Notes: generated by a model not told the origin, from the letters alone. A stretch of DNA of 30,707 nt from Acidobacteriota bacterium (GCA_031388865.1 JANMSA010000010.1:1-30707), one strand, 5' to 3'; shown: positions 16,123-26,070, numbered from the stretch's first letter. A program made the numbers and translations.

Positions 16123-18579
16123 TCACTTGTCGTCGACGACGACGATCGTGCCGTCGTCGGCGCTCGGCAGATCGCCGACCTTCCCCGGTTCGAAGCGAGC
16201 CTCGATCTCACGTTTGCCGTGCGCGAGCCGTGCGACGGTGGTCGCCGCCTGGCCCAGCCGGTCGAGCTTCACCGGCTTGCCCCACGCTTCACCGTCGATC
16301 AGGAAGCGTACCCGTCCGACGGGCGCGCTTTTTTCGCCGGCCGCTCGCCGCGAGACGCTGGCGATGAGTTTCAGCGGCGCGCCGTAACGGAGCCGGTCGC
16401 CATCGACGTTGAGCGCCGTCCTGGTCGCACCCGCTTCGATCCGCTGGCTGAGGAGGTAGGCCTTGGCGAAGCCGGCATGGCCGGTCACCGCGACATCGAA
16501 GACGCAATTGGCGTTGCGGTTCTTGTCGCGAACGCCGCGGCAGATTCGCTTCGCCGCTTCTTGCGCCATGGGCTCGGCGAGCGGAGCGTCAGGGATGACG
16601 CAGGGTCCGCTTTTCGGCGGCCAATCCTTGATCGCGAAGGTCGCCGCCGACTCGCCCGAGCCGTAATCGAACAAGCTGGTCGCAGCGCTGACCCGCCAGG
16701 CCTCTTCGAAGGTCTCATAGAGATCGACGTAGCGCTGCGCCGCGGAGGCAGGCTTGGCCCCGAGTGAAGCGCCGTTCGGCAGCGCCGGCAGCCAGCTGCC
16801 GGCCGCGACATCGCCCATCACCCCTTCGGACGCCGGGGTCTGCAGGACGCTGACGTTCAAATACCACCGGTCATGCGGCGCGCCCCAGAAATGCGAGGTC
16901 GCGGTCAGACGGGTTCCGTCAGGAAAATCAATCGCAATTCCATCGCCGGCTCCGGCGGCGGCGACCCGCGCGCCTGGGCCGAGCGCGACTCCTGGTCCGG
17001 TGACCGGCGTCACCGCGCCATCGACGCGCAGCACCATGCGGCCGCCGTCTGGCTGATAGGTGACTCGGCGCCCAGCAACGCGCGCCGCGACTGCCTCGTT
17101 CAGGCTGACGCACGCGGCCAGCTCCGTGTGCGGATTGAGGATGGGTGGCTGGGTGCTTACGGGCGTCTGGCGCGTTTGGATCTCCAGACCGCCGCCGTCG
17201 CGAAGCAAGGTGAACTCGCCGGCGCTCTGGAAATCGTAATGGACGCCGTCCGTGGTGCGGATATGCGGGTCACCGTCGGTGAAGCCGTCGGCAAGCGAGC
17301 CGTAATGCAATAGCTCGTTCGGCGAGCCGGCGCCGCCATTGACGATCCCGCCCCATCCGGCGGTCGTCGCCACGTTGTTGGCGTTGTGAATCGCCGTCCA
17401 TACTGCAGCCGGCGTCGCCGCCGCATGCGTTTCGAGATAGCGCGCGGCGACGCCGGCGACATGCGGCGAGGCCATCGACGTGCCGGACAGGGTGGTCGTC
17501 GCCGCGTTGTCCGTCCTCGACGCCGACAGGATGTTCTCCCCCGGCGCGAACAGGTCGATGCAGGCGCCGATATTCGATGTAGCGGAGCGGGTATCGTTAG
17601 TGGGATCGGTGTTGCCGACTGTGATTGCCACCGGCACGGCCGCCGGCGACTGGTTGCACGCGTTGGCGCCGTTGCCGTTACCCGCCGATACGACAACCGT
17701 GACATTGGCCGCGACGAGGGCGGCGACGTCTGCGTTCAGTGTCGCAGAGACGGGACCACCGATGCTGATATTGGCCACCGCCGGCGGAGTGGCGTTGGCC
17801 GTCACGAACTGCACGCCTGCGCGGACATTGGCCGTGGTAGGGGTGCAAGTTCCCGGGTCGCCGACGCGCACATTGCGGATGGCGACCGCTTTCGCCACCC
17901 CGAAGGTCGCTCCGCCAATGGTTCCGGCGACATGAGTGCCGTGATTGACGCAGTCGCTGAAATCCACTCCGGCGACGGTGAAATCGTCCGTCGCCCTCCC
18001 CCCAAACTCGTTGTGGGTGATGCGGACTCCGGAATCGATGACATAAGCGTCGACACCCGCTCCGGTCTCGCTGTAGGTGTAGGTGCCGTTCAGCGGCAAC
18101 AGCCGGCGCTCGATGCGGTCGAGCCCCGTCGGCGGCGCGCCGGGGGGGTTCGGCGGCTGAATGATGTCGTATTTCATCACCTGGTCTGCCTCGAGAAAGG
18201 CGACCTCGGGGAGCGAGCGTATGAACTCCAACGCGGTTTTCGCGCGCTCGGGTTCGCGCGGCAGGCGGACACTGAAGCCGGGATTGGGCGGCCCGTAGAC
18301 GTGCCGAATCTGGGCTCCGAGCGCCTGGACGCGCTTTTGCGCGGCTGCGATCTGTGCGCGCGTCGTCCCTTCCTTGAAGACGACCATGTATTGGCCGCGG
18401 ATGACAGCAGGAGAGTCCTCGTTGGTGACGGGCGCGGGCGCCTCCCGGTCCCGACTCTGAGCAGCAACCTCGCCGGACGTGCACGCGACGGATAACGCTA
18501 CCGTTGCCGCGAAGACGACCAGTCTCCATGAGCGCGAAGCCACGCCAATCTCACTCGCTGAGCGTATTTCGATGAACAT
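16123..18579 (-). CDS. Subtilisin-family (S8, aqualysin/proteinase K-like) serine protease with I9 propeptide, VWD domain and C-terminal Ig-like domain, 818 aa
   Basis: RBS GAGGAGG before ATG 18579. Catalytic triad YVIDSG, NHGTHVAG, SGTSMASPHVAG; propeptide IRGQYMVVFK; VWD start GDPHIRTTDGVHYDFQSAGEF; C-terminal VGRVRFLIDG. Confidence 0.92.
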   Translation of the reverse strand: MFIEIRSASEIGVASRSWRLVVFAATVALSVACTSGEVAAQSRDREAPAPVTNEDSPAVIRGQYMVVFKEGTTRAQIAAAQKRVQALGAQIRHVYGPPNPGFSVRLPREPERAKTALEFIRSLPEVAFLEADQVMKYDIIQPPNPPGAPPTGLDRIERRLLPLNGTYTYSETGAGVDAYVIDSGVRITHNEFGGRATDDFTVAGVDFSDCVNHGTHVAGTIGGATFGVAKAVAIRNVRVGDPGTCTPTTANVRAGVQFVTANATPPAVANISIGGPVSATLNADVAALVAANVTVVVSAGNGNGANACNQSPAAVPVAITVGNTDPTNDTRSATSNIGACIDLFAPGENILSASRTDNAATTTLSGTSMASPHVAGVAARYLETHAAATPAAVWTAIHNANNVATTAGWGGIVNGGAGSPNELLHYGSLADGFTDGDPHIRTTDGVHYDFQSAGEFTLLRDGGGLEIQTRQTPVSTQPPILNPHTELAACVSLNEAVAARVAGRRVTYQPDGGRMVLRVDGAVTPVTGPGVALGPGARVAAAGAGDGIAIDFPDGTRLTATSHFWGAPHDRWYLNVSVLQTPASEGVMGDVAAGSWLPALPNGASLGAKPASAAQRYVDLYETFEEAWRVSAATSLFDYGSGESAATFAIKDWPPKSGPCVIPDAPLAEPMAQEAAKRICRGVRDKNRNANCVFDVAVTGHAGFAKAYLLSQRIEAGATRTALNVDGDRLRYGAPLKLIASVSRRAAGEKSAPVGRVRFLIDGEAWGKPVKLDRLGQAATTVARLAHGKREIEARFEPGKVGDLPSADDGTIVVVDDK

Positions 18580-19470
18580 GCGGTGGTCCTCCTCTTGAAA
18601 GCACCGAAGCTGCTCTGTTCGACCTGGGTCTACTGGACGGACTCGCTTGACACTTCTTTGGTTTTCTTCGTGCCGTACGTGCCGGCAGTCAGGCAGATCA
18701 GAAGAGAACCCGCGAACCATTGCGCGAACCATTGCCGTCGCATGGATAACCTCCGCTTGTATTGATGGGTGGAAGGATACACCCGGAAGCCTCCCGGCGT
18801 CTCTCAGACGTCAAGCTCTATATCGACTCGGTGCATGCCAGGCCCCCAGCCGTCTCGATCTGCACGACAGCAGCAGCGCCGAACCTGGCGAAAACTGGCG
18901 CGGACTTGTTGCCTGCGGCAATGGTCACCAGCTGCAGACGCGCGGTGCGCGCCGGATCGATGACCCGACGCATGATGGCTGACCCTAGGGCGGCTCACTG
19001 TTGCTGGGGAGCGAGCAAGGTCCCTCGCCATTGTGCCTGGGGGTAGCGCACCAAGAGCGGCACGTCGAATCAGGCAAGTAGATCGTCTCGAGGCCAGGCG
19101 TCCTGTGGAGCGGCCGCTCTCAACCCGGATCATCCACGAAGCACCCCCCACCTGTCATCTTGAGGGTGCGCCGGCTCGTCATTCAGCTGCAACACCATAG
19201 GTGACACGCACGCCGGGTATTCGGAGTTCGATGGCCCATCGCAGCAATCATCTTCGCCAGCGTCGAAGGCGGGGAGATTCACGCCACCCATTCGAGCAGG
19301 TAATCTCTTCCACGATCAGCATAGAGAAACCTCACGGTCTCCATATTGGCTGGGAGCGCTGGCGGAGTCCGATTCCCCGGTAATAGCAATAAAGGCATTG
19401 AGCAGATATTCTCGTAAATGGTCGCCAGATCGGCCTTGAGCTCCACGCGCTGCTTGATGGTCTTGCACGG

Positions 19471-19790
19471 TCAACCCGCGACGGACCGCCATGGCGACAC
19501 CGTGACCATCCACAATCCGCAGCCATACGTCGCCGCCACGAGGTCATTGCTATCGGGGATCCAGGCCAGGTCGCGTACGTCGCATCGTCCGGCGCCTCCG
19601 CTCGTCGGCGTCCACGTCACACCGCCGTCGTCGCTCACATACGCACCCACGCGGGTGGCGGCGAAGATCATGTTGCGTCTCGTGGGGTGGCGGGTGATGG
19701 CCGAAACGCGCACGTTTGGTGGCAGACGGTTCGGAGCGGAGCCCCTCCTTTCGATCCAGGTGCTACCGCCGTCGGTCGTCGTCAGCAGCG
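19471..19790 (-). pseudogene. C-terminal fragment of a BNR/Asp-box beta-propeller (glycosyl hydrolase-like) gene
   Basis: LLTTTDGGSTW...IFAATRVGAYVSDDGGVTW...DLVAATYGCGLW: SxDGGxTW Asp-boxes and the typical terminal AATxGRGxW-like motif. Confidence 0.75.
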
Positions 19791-19794
19791 TCTC

Positions 19795-19812
19795 TGCCGT
19801 ATTCTTACGGCA
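19795..19812 (+). promoter_or_regulatory. Palindrome TGCCGTA-TTCT-TACGGCA containing a -10-like TATTCT 6 nt before the ATG (possible leaderless promoter/operator)
   Basis: 7-bp inverted repeat seen directly; no Shine-Dalgarno sequence before ATG 19812. Confidence 0.4.
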
Positions 19813-21158
19813 TGGGCCTCATAGGACGTGCAGTTCTCGCGGCAGCACTCGTCGTCGCTGGTCTGGAAACCTCAGGGCAGCGCGCACCAGTCAAGGCACT
19901 CACAGGCGGCCGGCTCATCGACGGATTCGGAGGCAAGCCGATCGCGAACAGCGTGATCCTCATCGAAGGCGATCGCATCAAGGCCGTCGGTCAGGTGGGA
20001 ACGCTCACCATTCCGGACGGTGCCGAAATCATCTCGACCGAGGGGATGGATGTCCTCCCCGGGCTGTGGGATATGCACGTGCACCTGATGATCAATGGCC
20101 ACGCTGATTACGATCACTGGTTCGCGACCTACCCGTCGCTCTACCGGAAGGTGATCATGCCCGCCTCGGCGCATCAGCTTCTGATGGCTGGCGTCACCAG
20201 CGCGCGCGACCTGGGCGCGCCGCTCGAGGATTCGATCTCGGTGCGGGATGCGATCCGCCGCGGCGAGATTCCCGGTCCGACGCTGTACGTATCCGGTCCG
20301 TTCCTGCAGCACGAGCCGTACCCCGGAGAAGAGGACTCGCGCTGGGGCGTCAAAGGCGCAGCTGATGCGCGCGCCAAGGTTCGTCGCGTCGCAGAGGCGG
20401 GAGTGGACGTCATCAAGCTCATCGATCAGGACCTGATGACGATGGAGGAGGTGAAGGCGATCGTCGACGAGGCGCACCAGCGTCGCCTTCCCGTCGCGGC
20501 ACATGCGCACCGCCCCGAGGAGATCCGCCGCGGACTCCTCGCTGGCGTCGACTGCTTCGAGCACACCGGCCTCGCCACCGCGCCGGAGTATCCGCCGGAC
20601 GTGATGGCGATGATCCGCGAGCGCACCGCGCAGATGAACAAGGGGCCGCTGTTCTGGACGCCGACCGTTGAAGGGCTGCACAACTACGAATCGCTCCGCG
20701 ACAACCCCGAGAAACTCGACTCCGACAGCTGGCACCGGGGACTGCCACCGGAGGTCATCGCAGACATCCGCAAGTCGTTCGCTCATCCCGAGCGCCTTCC
20801 CTACTTCCAGATCACGTCGCTCCGTCGTGCCACGCTGAAGCGGAAGATCGACCAGCTGCGCGAGGCCGGTGTGGTGCTGCTGGTCGGCACCGACAGCGGG
20901 ATTCCGATGAAGTTCCACAGTCAGTCGACGTGGAACGAGCTCGATGTATGGGTGCGAGTGATGGGGATCGATCCGATGGAAGCGATCCGTGCTGCGACAT
21001 GGTGGCCGGCGGTGGCGATGCGCGTCTCCAACGACGTCGGCACCGTGAGCGAAGGCAAGTACGCCGACATCATCGCCGTGAAGGGCGACGTGCTGAAGCA
21101 CATCAACATCCTGCAGAACGTCGACCTCGTGATCCGTCACGGGCAGCGATACAAGTGA
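19812..21158 (+). CDS. Secreted metal-dependent amidohydrolase (Xaa-Pro dipeptidase/imidazolonepropionase-like), 448 aa
   Basis: Signal-like N-terminus, PGLWDMHVHL (HxH), GVTSARDLG, VIKL, AHAH, EHTG, GTDSG, GKYADIIAV. Confidence 0.9.
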   Translation: MGLIGRAVLAAALVVAGLETSGQRAPVKALTGGRLIDGFGGKPIANSVILIEGDRIKAVGQVGTLTIPDGAEIISTEGMDVLPGLWDMHVHLMINGHADYDHWFATYPSLYRKVIMPASAHQLLMAGVTSARDLGAPLEDSISVRDAIRRGEIPGPTLYVSGPFLQHEPYPGEEDSRWGVKGAADARAKVRRVAEAGVDVIKLIDQDLMTMEEVKAIVDEAHQRRLPVAAHAHRPEEIRRGLLAGVDCFEHTGLATAPEYPPDVMAMIRERTAQMNKGPLFWTPTVEGLHNYESLRDNPEKLDSDSWHRGLPPEVIADIRKSFAHPERLPYFQITSLRRATLKRKIDQLREAGVVLLVGTDSGIPMKFHSQSTWNELDVWVRVMGIDPMEAIRAATWWPAVAMRVSNDVGTVSEGKYADIIAVKGDVLKHINILQNVDLVIRHGQRYK

Positions 21159-21164
21159 GCCAGG

Positions 21165-21725
21165 GAACCGCGGTGAGGCAGTCCATCCGGGCGCGGTGAG
21201 GACGGTGGTCCACGATGCGCCGCCAGTAGTGCTGCGACGGATGGCGCCACCCAATCGGCCGGGATCGGTCGCGACCAGGATCAGATCCGAGTTGACCGGT
21301 GACACGGCGACGTCGCGAATACCGCACTCCATGACGCCTGCGCCGCTGACTTCGGTCCACGAAACGCCGTTGTCGATACTCCGGTACAGCGCCCCGGGCG
21401 CCGTCCCCGCCATTCCGGTGCCGCAGTAGATCGTGCCCGGTACGCGAGGATCGCGCGTCAGCGCCGTCACGATCTTCCCCACGAAATCGGGATGCGACGA
21501 CCAGGAGAGCCCGCCGTCGATGCTGTGCCAGAGGCCGCCGACGCTTCCCGACCAGACATCGTCTGCGTTGGACGGATGCGTGAGCACCGTGAAGATACGG
21601 CCGGCCAGGTCGTTCGATCCGAACGATTCCCAGGTGACGTCTGTCAGCGTGCGTGGACGGAGACGGCGCGCGGCGGCGTGGCCGAGATCGCGCTCCCGCT
21701 CGGCGGCGCGGATCGCCTCGACGTC
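21165..21725 (-). pseudogene. N-terminal fragment of a BNR/Asp-box beta-propeller gene
   Basis: TWESFGSNDLAGRI...GGLWHSIDGGLSW...LYRSIDNGVSW...IRRSTTGGASW. The reading loses family character at the amidohydrolase stop. Confidence 0.8.
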
Positions 21726-21800
21726 GGGCAACGTCACCGCTCCGGCCTTCACAGCGAACGCACTCCCTGGCAGCTATGTCGTCACAGCCACGACACCGGA
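21719..21800 (+). pseudogene. Short remnant of an Ig-like (invasin/Big-type) surface-protein repeat
   Basis: SGNVTAPAFTANALPGSYVVTAT resembles the G.ATAP.FTAN..AGSY.VTA repeat of large surface proteins. Confidence 0.5.
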
Positions 21801-21819
21801 GGCATGGGGATCGCCAACT

Positions 21820-22018
21820 TCGTCGACGTCTATGTCCGTCGATATCTTCCGCGTCAAGTGGTATATCGAGGACGCCATTCGCCGCAGCGGCGTTCCACAT
21901 GCTCCGGCCGACAGCGTTCATGGACATCTGGATCGACGAACTAATGGCCAAAGACATGCGCGAGAAAGGCGTCGCCACCATCTTCGGCGACTCGTACGAC
22001 GAGAGAGAATCTGAGTGA
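21820..22018 (+). pseudogene. Frameshifted internal remnant of an NmrA/atypical SDR NAD(P)-binding protein
   Basis: VDIFRVKWYIEDAIRRSGVP in one frame continues as MLRPTAFMDIWIDELMAKDMREKGVATIFGD in another. Confidence 0.65.
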
Positions 22019-22115
22019 AGTACCCTGCACAAACCCTCTCTCTCGATGCTTCGCCGAGCATCACGCCCAATAAACACGCTCCCGAATCGTCCCCATCACT
22101 TGATGCCCTCGGGTG

Positions 22116-22244
22116 TCATGGAGGTGAGCCGCGGACACCGTCGAAGAGCTCGACGACTCCACTCTCCAACGAATACTCGGCTCCCACGATGATCAGCCCA
22201 TCATCCTGAATCACTGGCGCAAGGACTTCTCGCAGATGGTTACC
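22116..22244 (-). pseudogene. C-terminal remnant of a beta-carbonic anhydrase
   Basis: NHLREVLAPVIQDDGLIIVGAEYSLESGVVELFDG matches the beta-CA tail motif (GAEYSLETGxV). Confidence 0.7.
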
Positions 22245-22269
22245 GAGACCTGGATATTGGCGCGCACGG

Positions 22270-22638
22270 CCTGCCGTACCAGACGATGAAAGACTCCAGA
22301 TCCAACGCAAGCATCAGCAGCACAAAGCCGATGAACCCATCACAGCATTCCTCGCCGACGTGGCCGATTCGCACAATGGACATCGCGGCAAGATCTGTCG
22401 CCCAGCAGCGAACATGCGGATCATCGACGCGATGGACACGATTCGTCCAACAGAGATCGTCGTGCTCCCGATCGTTCACAACGAGGAGCTTTTCGGTGTG
22501 CTGTACGGCGACAACGCGGGACATCAAGCAGCCATCCACATGCCGAGCGGCCTGGAGATCTTTCTGTCGCAGGCCGGATGTGCGCTCAGGAACGCTTTGC
22601 TGGCTTCGACGCCGCCGCCACGTTCCGCTGCCGTCTGA
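22270..22638 (+). pseudogene. C-terminal GAF-like remnant of a DUF4388-type chemosensory-associated protein
   Basis: FLADVADSHNGHRG...TEIVVLPIVHNEELFGVLYGDN...LEIFLSQAGCALRNALL. There is no plausible N-terminus; the 3' end overlaps the cheB 3' end. Confidence 0.55.
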
Positions 22639-23647
22639 TCGCCGTGTCCATGATCGCGTGCGCAATCCGGTCCAGCGGCACGACCTCCTGAACAGCTCCG
22701 GCAGCGATCGCCTCCTTCGGCATCCCGAAAACGATGCATGTTGCTTCGTCCTGGCCGATCGTCGCAGCGCCGGCTTTGCGCATCGAGAGAAGGCCTTTGG
22801 CGCCATCGTTGCCCATTCCGGTCATGATCACTCCGACACCACGATGCCCTGCCGCCTCGGCGACCGATTCGAAGAGGACATCGACACTGGGCCGATGCCG
22901 TGACACCAGCGGTCCATCGTTGACGTTGACCACGTACTCGTCTCCTGAGCGGCGAACGATCAGGTGGCGGTTGCCGGGCGCGATGAGAACACGGCCTGGC
23001 GCCACGCGATCACCGGTTTCAGCCTCCTTGACCTCCATCGCGCAGTCGCGATCGAGCCGTCGCGCGAACGCGGCCGTGAACCCGGCCGGCATGTGTTGCA
23101 CGACGACCGTTCCGGGCGCATCGGAGGGCAGGGCGCGCAAGACCCGCCAGAGTGCTTCCGTTCCTCCTGTCGAGGCTCCGACCGCGACGATCGCATCGGT
23201 TGCCGAGCCCAACGCTGCTTCGGCCGGAACGGATGTGACGTCCGGACGCGAGATCCGCACCCGGGCCGCCGCCCGGATGGCATCGATGAGCAGCACTTTC
23301 GAATCGGTCAGGAAATCGGCAATGCCGACGCGCGGTTTCTCCAGGACCTCGACCGCACCGATCTGGAGCGCCTGCATCGCCTGCTCACCGCCGCGTGCGC
23401 CGAGGCTGGAGCAGACGACGGTCGGGATCGGATGATCCTGTTTCAGATTGCGCAGGAACGTCAGTCCATCCATGCGCGGCATCTCGAGATCCAGAAGGAG
23501 GACGTCGGGTCTCTTCGCGCGGATCTTGGTGGAAGCGATCAATGCGTCCGCTGCCACCCGCACGGCGATGTCGGCCTGGTCGGCGAGCATCGACTTCACA
23601 ACCTGCCGAACCAGAGCGGAATCGTCGATGACCAGAAGATCGATCAT
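22586..23647 (-). CDS. cheB: Chemotaxis response regulator protein-glutamate methylesterase
   Basis: Receiver domain (VIDDS, LLDLEMPRMDG, KP) plus esterase with GASTGG, QHM and GNDG catalytic residues intact. Confidence 0.95.
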   Translation of the reverse strand: MIDLLVIDDSALVRQVVKSMLADQADIAVRVAADALIASTKIRAKRPDVLLLDLEMPRMDGLTFLRNLKQDHPIPTVVCSSLGARGGEQAMQALQIGAVEVLEKPRVGIADFLTDSKVLLIDAIRAAARVRISRPDVTSVPAEAALGSATDAIVAVGASTGGTEALWRVLRALPSDAPGTVVVQHMPAGFTAAFARRLDRDCAMEVKEAETGDRVAPGRVLIAPGNRHLIVRRSGDEYVVNVNDGPLVSRHRPSVDVLFESVAEAAGHRGVGVIMTGMGNDGAKGLLSMRKAGAATIGQDEATCIVFGMPKEAIAAGAVQEVVPLDRIAHAIMDTAIRRQRNVAAASKPAKRS

Positions 23648-23651
23648 CGCG

Positions 23652-24167
23652 TTACCGGCGGCGCTGACGTGCGCTCTCCATCGGTCGGTACTGCACAGAC
23701 GGTAGGACCGACGTTCGGGAGATCGAGCTCATTCCGGCGAGACTCTCCGCGTGCCCAAGAAACAGATAGCCGCCAGGACGGAGCGCGCCGAGAAGGCGCT
23801 TCACTCCCGTCGAGCAACCAGCGCTCCAGATTCGAATGCGATCGGACTTCCGCTCGATGTCCGGCAGGACGACGGTGCGGAAGAAATCGAACTGCCGGAC
23901 ATCGCGGAAGAAGTGCGTTTCGTTCGTGCAGATCGCGTCGATCATCTGCCGCTTTTCATCGCCGTCATCGCGGCCCATGCGGTCGTAGTACTGGCCGAAC
24001 GAGCGGACGCCGAGCGCGCGCATGCGCCGTGACAGCCCCGCGATGAGGAGCGAGCGCCTGGCGGGCTCCAGATGGATGCCCGCCTCCTGCCGGATCAGCA
24101 CCTGCAGGTCTCGGAACCCGGCGTCGGTCACGGCTGTCTCGAAGGCCGCTGTCACGATGGTCCTCAA
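23652..24167 (-). pseudogene. cheR: Chemotaxis methyltransferase with large in-frame internal deletion (171 aa)
   Basis: TNETHFFRD and IWSAGCSTG jump directly to VKRLLGALRPGGYLFLGHAES. The EEPYS, SAM-binding ATDI and CRNVLIYF segments are absent; the junction is near 23804. Confidence 0.88.
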
Positions 24168-25819
24168 AAGCGCTTGAAATCGTGCAGCGAGACTTCCCGA
24201 ACCTGTGCGAAGCCCGCTCCGCCAACCCGTCGGGCCGGCGACGGTGCCGTCCGCGGATAGAGAAGTATCGGTTCCGCAACCGCGTCACCGGTGGAATGGG
24301 CGGCCTCGTTTGCATCGGTTCGAAAGAAGGCAACCAACTGCTGCAGAGCAAGAGCCTGTGAGGACATCTCCTCGGCCGTCGACGCGAGCTCCTCGGCAGC
24401 AGAGGCGTTGCGCTGGGTGACCTGGTCGACCAGCGACATCGCCTTGTTGATCTGCGCCACGCCGGCGGACTGCTCGCTGGACGCGGCTGCCACCTCTTGC
24501 ACCATCTGCGCGGTGACGCGAATCGAGGGGACGAGCTCATTGAGGAGTTGCCCCGAGCGTTCCGCGACGACCAGGCTCGAAGTGGCCAGCGTGCCGATCT
24601 CCTTCGCCGAGACCTGACTCTTCTCCGCGAGCTTGCGCACTTCGGCAGCGACCACGGCGAATCCGCGGCCATGGTCACCGGCGCGCGCAGCTTCGATGGC
24701 TGCATTCAGAGCCAGCATGTTCGTCTGATAGGCGATCTCCTGCACGATCGAGATCTTCTCCGCGATCGACTTCATGGCATCGACACTCTGACGCACGACC
24801 ACGCCCGATTCCTCCGCGTCGTGAGCGCCTTTGAGTGCCCGCTGCTCCATCTGGCGGCTGTTGTCGGCGTTCTGACCGATGGAGGCACTCATCTCCTCGA
24901 GCGATGACGTCGTCTCTTCGACGGACGCCGCCTGCTCGCTCGTGCCCTGCGAGACGGACTGTGAAGTGGCCGAGACCTGGGCGGCGGCCGAGGAAAGGGC
25001 GTTTGCGGACGAGCGGACTTCGCTGATCGTCGTTCGGAGCGAAGTGATCGCGCTGTTGAGCGCTCCGGCCATACGGGCTACCTCATCGTTGCCGGTGATC
25101 TCCAGCTCGGTCGTGAGATCGCCCTGAGCGACGCGCTCGAGGGCGGCCACCATGCCCGCCAGCGGCCGGATCACGGTTCTCGCCGTCGCCGCGCCCACCA
25201 GACTGACGCAGGCCAGAACGAAGACGAAGAAGCCAAGCAGCAACATCGTGCGCGAGCGAATGAGCTGGCGGGCCTGCCCCTGAGACTGTGCAGTCGCCTG
25301 GTTGGCGAGCTGCGTCAACTTCTCGACCGCGCGACGATGGTCGGCGTACTTCGGAGCGAGGTCGCCGTTGAGGACGAGCCGGGCCCGATCGATGTCGCCC
25401 CGCATGAGGGCCGGCAGGAATTCCTTGTCCCGTATCTCGAAGAACTCCATGGCCGGGCGATACGAACCCTTCATGAGAAGCTGGCGGATCTCGCCTTCCG
25501 GAAGCGTTTGCGACCAGTACTGATGCCGGGCTTCGAACGTCTGTCGCAGCGCGCGACCGTGTTTGAGAAGAGCATCCACATCCGTCTCTCCGCTTCCCTG
25601 GAGCATTTCGATGCAGAGGAGATACGCCTCCATGATGTTCTGGGTGGGCGAACGGACGTCGGCCACGAGACTGTTGCCGCGTTTGACGGTCTCGTAGATC
25701 GGCCCGTCGACTTTCACTGTCTTCAGGACGTGATAGGCGACGGAGCCGAAAACCAGCAGGCCTGCGGCGAATGCACCGATCAGGAGAGCGAATTTCAGTT
25801 TCAGGGTCAGCTTCTTCAC
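24164..25819 (-). CDS. Methyl-accepting chemotaxis protein (TM-periplasmic helical domain-TM-HAMP-MA), 551 aa
   Basis: RBS GGAGG before GTG 25819, hairpin tip [38 protein letters not shown] methylation heptads, C-terminal pentapeptide DFKRF. Confidence 0.95.
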   Translation of the reverse strand: MKKLTLKLKFALLIGAFAAGLLVFGSVAYHVLKTVKVDGPIYETVKRGNSLVADVRSPTQNIMEAYLLCIEMLQGSGETDVDALLKHGRALRQTFEARHQYWSQTLPEGEIRQLLMKGSYRPAMEFFEIRDKEFLPALMRGDIDRARLVLNGDLAPKYADHRRAVEKLTQLANQATAQSQGQARQLIRSRTMLLLGFFVFVLACVSLVGAATARTVIRPLAGMVAALERVAQGDLTTELEITGNDEVARMAGALNSAITSLRTTISEVRSSANALSSAAAQVSATSQSVSQGTSEQAASVEETTSSLEEMSASIGQNADNSRQMEQRALKGAHDAEESGVVVRQSVDAMKSIAEKISIVQEIAYQTNMLALNAAIEAARAGDHGRGFAVVAAEVRKLAEKSQVSAKEIGTLATSSLVVAERSGQLLNELVPSIRVTAQMVQEVAAASSEQSAGVAQINKAMSLVDQVTQRNASAAEELASTAEEMSSQALALQQLVAFFRTDANEAAHSTGDAVAEPILLYPRTAPSPARRVGGAGFAQVREVSLHDFKRF

Positions 25820-25835
25820 GGCATGTCCTCCAAGC

Positions 25836-26070
25836 TCAACTGCGGTCAACGTGAACCGGTCGGGGATCTTCGCCCGGCCGTTGAATTGATGATCCATCCG
25901 TGTCGGCAGCCCCCGTGGAATGGGGCTGTTCGATGTCCAGCGTCGCCCGAACGCGATCGACTTCGAGCAGCAGCGTGAACCGAGCACCCGAACATCACCA
26001 GACCGACGAGGGCCTCGGGTGAGACGAGGCGAGTGATCTGATCAACGTATCGTTGGGGTTGTTCAGTCAT
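25836..26070 (-). pseudogene. Deletion fusion of an unidentified gene start ([12 protein letters not shown]) to a frameshifted cheW C-terminal remnant
   Basis: ATGA-coupled start with [21 protein letters not shown] then a frameshift near 25983 to [11 protein letters not shown] (CheW terminal strand). That frame stops at 25836, just before the MCP RBS. Confidence 0.6.

Noticed and set aside
19872-21752. 626-aa minus-strand ORF as a real protein
   Set aside because: Only the first ~190 residues are BNR-like. The rest is antisense read-through of the amidohydrolase and is not in frame with the C-terminal BNR fragment.
24164-25987. 607-aa MCP start given by the ORF track
   Set aside because: The extension overlaps the cheW remnant; RBS GGAGG supports GTG 25819.
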